From the NCBI RefSeq assembly GCF_009914755.1, contig NC_060939.1: a stretch of DNA of 64,000 bases; one strand, 5' to 3'. The stretch comes from the human T2T-CHM13v2.0 reference genome, Homo sapiens. Below, piece after piece: positions 58,111 through 64,000 of the stretch (position 1 is the first letter of the stretch; every line of letters starts with the position of its first letter). Under the pieces are notes generated by a model. That model did not search any database. It worked only from the letters and a program-made list of their open reading frames with translations, and had not been told where the DNA came from. The position numbers were made by a program, and so were the translations under genes.

Positions 58111-61100
58111 AACCTGGGAGAAATGCATTTAATAACTCCAGCAGCTTTCTGCCCAAAGAGGCTTGCTTCCGACCCTGGACTGCACAGGAGTGGAGAAGAG
58201 GCAGAAGAGACAGGAGCAGGAGGCGGGCAGAGGGGATGGGGACATCTGCAATACACATATTCACACATAGGAGCATTACCTCCAACAGCAAGAAGTATTA
58301 CTGCCCACAGATTACTAACTGTAACTTCTCTCAAAAGATTAAACCATCCCTTTACTACCAGAAGAGGAGAAAGAGAGGCTTAAGCCAGGCTTTGCCCTAG
58401 ATGTATCCTATAATATAGCTGAAGCTTCCCAGTCCTGCTGCTATGACCTACAGTCAATGAAAGCCCCAGAGGTCATAGTTCAACCAGTAAGTGCTTCCTT
58501 TTAAAGAACAAGATGTATAGGTCTTTCCAGCATTAAACTGCAAGTCAAATGCCACTTCCTCCGTGAAGCCTTCCCTCATTCCCTTTCAGTTCATTTCCAG
58601 TTCTGTGCTTCTGTAGCATGTTGTTTGTACTTCTCTTACCCCATTGCCCCCATAAAGGGCTGCAGACATATTTGCTTTCTACCCTGGATTCAAAGCAACT
58701 TGAAGGAAAGAATTGTCTGAGGTTTACCTTTTCATTCCCCCTAATACCTTGCATATAAGGAGTGATCTACTTTGTTTAGTTAAATCACTGTCCCTCCCTA
58801 TGGTGGGTGGATGACTTCAGTGTGTGACCTAGAAAATCAGAAGAAGTGATCAAAAAAGAAGCAGAGAAACAAGATGCAGAGAAAGAATACATTCTGGCGG
58901 CTCCATTTGAAAGGACTCCAAGCTGGGGCGAAGAAAAGACATGAGATGTGGCAGGTGACATCATCTGTGGCTTTAGGGTTTCACCTTCCCATTATGTGAC
59001 CAGTCAGAAGCAAGGAGTTTCTTTTACTTAAGAGCTGATGTCAAGGAAAGGGAATTTGTTAGAACTGGCGTGTGGATGTCAGAGAGACTAGCTAAAAGCC
59101 GGAGTGAAAATGGGATTCGATACCAGGAGTGAATAGTGGGAGGATAAAAGGGGCAGTGATATGAACAGCATTCCAGAGAGCAATCCCAGGGAAATGGACT
59201 TTGCCCCCTCACAGAGACAGACCTTGCTCTCACAGGAATGAGGGCATAACAAACACTTCTAGAAAGAGCTCAACATTTCAAAATCCCACCTACTAATTAT
59301 GTGGCGCAACCCAAATCACCTTAACCAATCTAGACCTCAGTTTCTCCTTCTGTCACTGAAGGGGAATGATGAAGTTATCCCAAAGCACCAGTCACAGGAC
59401 CACTGATGTTAATGTTCTTTGCTCTGAGCTAAATTTACACATGTAACATTCTCTAAAATAGATTTTGCATTTATTTCAACCCCAAGACAATCTATGAGAG
59501 GGAAGGGCCATCCGTGGAAAACGTTAAACATGAAACCAATGATTACATCCCTCTGAAATGTAGGACACAGGGAGTAAACCTAATCTCCAAGATGTTTCCA
59601 CCCCATTTGCCCTGGGCTATGTAATCAGCTTTTCCTCTCAACGCCCGGATAAGTGCAACTTGCCGGCTGCCACATTTGTCCTAATATGGATGATATTCTA
59701 TCGATGAATAGCTACTACTCACCCCCAAATTCCCTGAAAAATACTTAATGGCATCAAAATGGCGATCTCTGCAACAGATCCAGGGATCTCAGATACAGAA
59801 AAACAAGTGTTTGATGCTGCTACATTGTCACTCAACATGGGTTCATAACCTGGGGAAAGGTAGATCAGTCCGTGGAAAAGTCAGAACTTAAATAGCAATT
59901 AAAATCCTCAGACCGCCAGAATAATACCTCTTCAGATTGAGGGACTCATTCTCTCTGATGCATCATCCATACTTATTTATTTCCCAGCTCATTCCAAAAA
60001 GGATTTGAAATGACAAATTATCTTTGAAACATTGCAACACGTAGGTGAACGTTGTGGAGGCTGATGAAATGTTTGCAGACTAACAGGATTTTTTTAACTT
60101 GCCTACAGAAGTCTTAAAAATATCTTAAATGCCACCTGAAGCACCATATGGAGAAATTACTCTCACTTAGCTACAACCATAATTGCCTTTATGCTGTCGT
60201 TTTGTACAAAGAAAGCAAGAACTTGAATCTGAAACTGAAACTTGAAATCACTCAGATTTTCTGAAAAGGCTTAGATTTGACTCAACAGGAAAAGTCATAA
60301 TGATTATAGTTCTCTTGAATATTGGGGAGTAGAGAGGAGAAGAATGTGAGGGGTTCATGCCGAGAGATATATTCTCAGACACTGCAGCAGGACTTGTACT
60401 CAGTACAATGCTACTGACTTGTCACTAGCTGGCAAGACGGGCTTGGTGTGCCGCTTTGTCCACGGGTCATTTGCTGAGTCACAAAAGCCACCAGGCTGCA
60501 TCCCTGAGGGCAGGAAACAAAGAACAGCAGGCTTCTGAGTCACCTGCTTTGTGAACAACCCAAAGGTAATGCTGAGGAAGAATCTCCCCAGAGGGGGCAG
60601 AATTTGAGACAGTGCAGCACAATCATGTTCCATAGCATGAACTAGCTGGAACCGTAGCAGTCAGAGGAATCCGAGCCAAAGGTAGCAGGCTCTGCAGAGA
60701 ACAGCTGCAGCCTCCAACAGAAAGGAAAAGCTTTCCTTTCTTTTTTTTTTGAACATCTTTTTAAACAATTATACAAATTATACAAGTAAAATTTTAAACA
60801 ATTCTACAAATTATACAAGTATCACATGAGCATTATAATTTGAAAAAATACTGGAAAGCACAAAGGAGAAAATAAAAATTGATTATTCATTTATGTAATC
60901 AGCAAGTATTTCTGGAGCCCCTTCTAATTATTACCAGGCCCTTTTCAAGGCACTGGGGATGGAGAGATAAGCACAAACCTGCTCTCTTTGAACTTATAGT
61001 CATGAAAGGAGGCAGATAATACAATCTCACAAAGGAGAGGATCACCATTTCCTCGGCTAAACACCACAGGGAAGGTAATGTGTCTCTAAAAGCAGATTAT

Positions 61101-61116
61101 AAAGGAATCTAGTCTA

Positions 61117-61416
61117 GGCCCGGTGGCTCACGCCTGTAATTCCAGCACTTTGGGAGGCTGAGGCAGGTGGATCATCTTAGGTCAGGAGTTCGAGACTAGC
61201 CTGGCCAACATGGTGAAACCCTGCCTCTACTAAAAATACAAAAATTAGCCAGGCATGGTGGCGGGTGCCTGTAATGCCAGCTACTCAGGAGGCTGAGGCA
61301 GGGAGAATCGCTTGAACCCAGGATGCGGAGGGTGCAGTGAGCTGATATCGTGCCACTGCACTCCAGCCTGGGCAACAGAGCGAGACTCCGTCTCAAAAAA
61401 TAAATAAAATTAAAAT
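61117..61416 (+). mobile_element. AluS inserted in an L2 fragment (~60880-61700)
   Basis: TSD TAAAGGAATCTAG. Confidence 0.9.
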
Positions 61417-61734
61417 TAAAGGAATCTAGCCAGACTCAGGGGATCGGGAGAAGGGAGTAGCAGTCTGAGAAGGCTTCCTGAGGAGGTAACCCTAAACTGA
61501 CATCTGAGGAATTAGTCAGAAGCGAGTTGAAGAGCCACCCAGGTAGAAAGACTATCATGCAGAAGCTCCCTGGAAGGAGGGAGCATGAGGTGTGTTGAAG
61601 AACTGAGAGAATCCAGTGTGAATAGACTAACAAGAGCTGGAAGGAAAGAAGACATAAGCCTGGAGAGGTAGACAGGAGCAGACCATCTTTAAAAGGCACT
61701 GTCAGCCTTCATCGATGTCCTTTGTACTTCAGAT

Positions 61735-62021
61735 ATTTTATTTATTTATTTTAAAGATAAGGTCTCACTCTGTCACCCAGGCTGGAGTGCAATGGTGCGA
61801 TCACAGTTCACTCAAACTGAGCTCAAGTGATCCTCCTGTTTCAGCCTCCCATGTAGCTGGGAACTACCAGCTGCCACGCCCAACTAAGTTTTTAGTTTTT
61901 TGTTGAGACAGGGTCTCACTATGTTGTGCGGGCTGGTCTCAAACTCCTGGCCTGAAGTAAGCCTCCTGCCTTGGCCTCCCAAAGAGCTGGGATTACAGGT
62001 GTGAATCACTGTGTCTGGCCC
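61735..62021 (-). mobile_element. AluJ with deletions
   Basis: TSD CAGATATTTTA. Confidence 0.85.
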
Positions 62022-62034
62022 CAGATATTTTACT

Positions 62035-62130
62035 TATGTGTATATATGAGCATATGTGTATGTGTATAAATGTGTATACATACCATATATGTATATATGT
62101 GTATACATGTCTGTATGTGCATGTATTATA
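62035..62130. repeat. Degenerate (TA/TG)n microsatellite
   Basis: tatgtgtatatatgagcatatgtgtatgtgtata... Confidence 0.85.
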
Positions 62131-62249
62131 GTTTAACATTGCCATCAAACTGCCAAATTTTCCTCTAGTATGTGCCAGTTTATACTCTTGCACTATATAA
62201 GAATGTCACTTTCACTTCACTTCCAGTAGCACTCATTATCTTTTTTTAA

Positions 62250-62565
<316 letters not shown>

Positions 62566-63772
62566 ACATAAATTAAACATTTGATAAGCAAAAAGTGTAT
62601 CATTTAAGTTTCCATTTAACAGTGAACAAATATTTATCACCCATTGTTTTCTCACTTGCTTCACAGAGAAAGCAGGAGTTTTCTTATCAGTGAAATAAGT
62701 ACAATATTGCTCATGTGAGTGGAATAGTCCCACTGTTGGAAACATCTCTTGCAAAGGCTCAGCCTAGGTATGTAATGGTCCCTTATTACTCATCCCTAAA
62801 TGAAGGCATTAAAATATGTGAGCAATTCATCAAATTAGTGTCAGCCATTAGCCTTAATTCAAATTAATGCATGAGATTCATTTCCTCCTGGCAAATCACA
62901 TAGTACAGTGCTGAGGGAAAGAGAAAAGTCTGCTAAGACTGTTTGAGATGAGAGAAAAGGGTCAGATCTGGGCTTGACAGGAAATGGATCAATATGAAGG
63001 AGGTAATGAGTGGTGGGACCCAAACTAGGGACCTATGAGGAGGCTTCATGTCAAGGGAAAAGGGGCAACTATTGGGAAGGTGAGGCAGCAGAGAGGTGGA
63101 TTGAGGTTTGACAGCCTCAACATTATGCCTAGCCAGAGCTCTGTACCTTTGCATGCATCAGGTGGAAAGACTCACTGGCCTCCCATCTATCCTTAAGTCC
63201 CTTATGCACAAATGGGTTTTTGATCACCAGAAATCAGGACTGTGATTGAGGGTGTGTGCAGGTTGCAAAGATTTATGCATAAGTCCTATGTGGTATAAAT
63301 GACATCCCCTGGGACTGAAATCACACAAGAAGGCTGGCAAAAGCTGCATCTGTGAGGAGCATTGGGGAGGTGTGGAAGTGGGGCAGGGAGGTTTACCTAT
63401 TTTCAGGCACTGGGACACCAGAATCTTCACAACAATGGTCAGAAGGGATTCAGCCCAGAGAACTTGCTGCAACACCACTGAAGTAGTTGTTTATTTAGCT
63501 TGAGAACTTGATGAAATGATGTCGAGAAAGACTGAAAGCACAAAGCACACCAGCATTGAGTTTGACATTCATTTTACTATCTAATCTGTATGCCACAAAC
63601 CACACATACAGTATATTTCCTATGTAAATTTCCAGGTCCAGCTCACTAAAGAGGCGGGCAGAGCTATCACATGTTCTTTATTGTGGTCTTCGCAGAGGCC
63701 TCCCCTTTTGTCCTGCTCATGTTCTGTAGATGACCTTCTGTGGGTCTCAGTTCCATGTTGTAATGGCATATC

Positions 63773-63933
63773 CAAGTCCAGCTTCAGGGGCATGCAACCT
63801 GTGCAGTCACACGGGCCCCGAGCATAGAAGGGCTCCACACTTTGTTTAATGTTGCCATCTTGAAATTTTTTTTGAGCAAGGGGCCTCACGCTTTCATTTT
63901 ATACCAGGACCCACAAATTTTGTAGTTGGTCGT
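63773..63933. mobile_element. MER91A-like hAT-Tip100 MITE
   Basis: cagcttcaggggcatgcaacctgtgcagtcacacgggcccc...gccatcttgaaatt...gcaaggggcc...ccacaaattttgtag. Confidence 0.75.
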
Positions 63934-64000
63934 AGTCCTATCTTGTTACCAAGGCTCTTGTTTCCAATATTAAAAAGTCCTAGAATATTCACAGTATAAT

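Overview
This is primate, almost certainly human, genomic DNA covering the 5' end of FMN1 (formin-1; chr15q13 from recall) on the minus strand. From splice signals I reconstruct a CpG-island promoter and exon 1 (~53.06-53.2 kb), 5'UTR exons at 52393-52544 and 38681-38745, and a 1998-nt first coding exon (11556-13553) carrying codons 1-622. An in-frame alternative last exon starts at 9877 and gives a 662-aa isoform lacking FH1/FH2. The rest is intron or upstream DNA rich in Alu, L1, L2, MIR, LTR (THE1, LTR33, MLT1, MER21) and DNA-transposon fossils. The most notable signal is a candidate translational-control system. The spliced leader is one open 112-codon His-rich uORF, in frame with FMN1, that stops 9 nt before Met1 and contains nested short uORFs. 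Met1 is followed by 330 nt with no AUG in any frame, up to a strong-Kozak Met112 whose sequence (MGNQEGKL) resembles the N-terminus of FMN2. This recalls the C/EBP uORF/reinitiation switch and could select a possibly myristoylated isoform. Exon structure and repeat names come from reading by eye, repeat boundaries are approximate, and nothing was checked against databases.
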